Source: Podarcis tiliguerta (taxonomy: Eukaryota). Taken from it: a stretch of 64,000 nucleotides of DNA. The stretch's first letter is position 1; the number at the start of each line of letters is the position of its first letter. The DNA is taken from assembly GCA_965153285.1 (NCBI GenBank), contig OZ229123.1. One strand, given 5' to 3'. Positions 62,791-64,000 of this stretch are shown here, piece after piece. The position numbers and the translations under genes are program-made. Below the pieces are notes generated by a model that saw only the letters and a list, made by a program, of their open reading frames with translations, did no database searches and had not been told where the DNA came from.

Positions 62791-64000
62791 ATATGGCTGC
62801 TTTAAAAACGTGGGCTCACCAGCCCCTCCTATAAGTCTGCAATTTATATGGGGGTGATTTAAGATAGCGATTTCCCCCTGAAATACAATGCTAAATTATT
62901 TACAGTGTTTTGCAAGCTTCCATAAGTTCCCTCATTATCAAATGCTGCACTCGGCCCTTTGCGGTGGTTGGGGGGCTAGGCGCGGAATGAGTGGGGGAAA
63001 TGAGGGGGGGGAGAGGGCCATACCTGGGGAGGGGGCGCCTGGAGCAGGACGAGGCGGCGGCGGAGGCGGCCAGCTCTGCTCCTCGTCCCTAGCACTAACT
63101 TAACCCTATCCGGCCCCTGCTGGATTAGATGGCGGCCCTCTCACTCTGGGTGTGTGGGGGAGACCGCGTGAATCACCCCCACATCTAGGCACCTGCTGTT
63201 TCGGTGCTGTTTGTACTCGAGCCTCTTTGAAAATTGGAGGCGGTGATGACAGACTAGAGATCCCAGGTTCCAGTAAAATAAAAGAAAGGAAAGGTGATTG
63301 CGGTAATACATAAAGACAGATAGTCCAGAGCTTGATGCCTAGCCTTTGAATAACTTTATTGCTAGTATGAAAGTCGGGGGAGGAGACCGGGTTGGTCCCT
63401 GAATGGGTGGGGGAATCAAAAATAGACAGCTGGGCAGTGCTTTTTATTGGGACCAATAAAATACTGGGCCAGCTTTCAAGTTCTGGAGAACAGGGCAGCT
63501 CGCTCCCTTGTCTGGTTGGTTCCAGCGAAGATCTTGCCCACCTACGGATTTTGGAATCGTTGCTAGCAACAGAAGCTGGCATGCAAAGCGCTAATTTTGG
63601 TGGCCTGCAATTCCTTGGACCTTGTTGAAAATACCCCTGAGGAAATTACCTAGTTTTTTTTTAAATAAAAAAATCTAAACACCCTTTTTCTCGTGGCATG
63701 GTGGTGGTACCAGAAAAGCTGGTGGAAAGCTGTAAAATATGCCTCTTTAGAGGCTGACCGTATGGATAGGTGAGGGCTTCAGTTGCTGGAACTGACGCGG
63801 ACCTGCCCTTTGTCCGCTGGTAACAGCTGGTCAGTCAGGGGTGGAGGGATGTTCTGAAGGTGGTCACCTTATGCGCTTTTCAGGTACAAGGTGGTCCTTT
63901 TGAATGAAAGCCTCTCCAGCATAGTCCTGTGAGAGTCCTGCAGCCAAAGCGACGAGAAGCCTTCCATGAACTAGAACCAAATTAGGCCATTTTGCCATCG

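Noticed and set aside
62960-63070. G-tract cluster with G-quadruplex potential
   Set aside because: Common in GC-rich vertebrate regulatory DNA; nothing specific supports function.

Overview
Eukaryotic vertebrate DNA, almost certainly from a squamate reptile and probably a lacertid lizard. This is inferred from the repeats: Sauria SINEs, Squam2/Squam3-like SINEs, Bov-B, CR1, L2, Rex1 and L1 LINEs, and Tc1/mariner, hAT and Harbinger-like MITEs. No intact host protein-coding exon can be supported. Nearly all ORFs in the supplied track are chance ORFs or TE fragments. The one recognisable host-derived coding sequence is an intronless RPL39 retrocopy (22606-22776) joined directly to an L1 ORF2 fragment. 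Bases 1-56.2 kb are TE-dense intergenic or intronic DNA with nested insertions whose target-site duplications (TSDs) can be read directly, four solo LTRs, and several AT/TAAT-rich TE-free blocks resembling conserved non-coding elements. From about 56.2 kb to the end I see no TEs. That part holds a ~3 kb CpG island and dense clusters of POU-octamer, Pax2/5/8-like, GATA, HNF1 and ONECUT motifs, as expected near a developmental regulator gene that I cannot identify. I found no convincing new multi-gene system. The best leads are the RPL39-L1 chimera, a minimal tRNA-Lys/CR1-tail SINE, the solo-LTR family, and the regulatory block at 56-64 kb. All family names come from recognition, not database searches.
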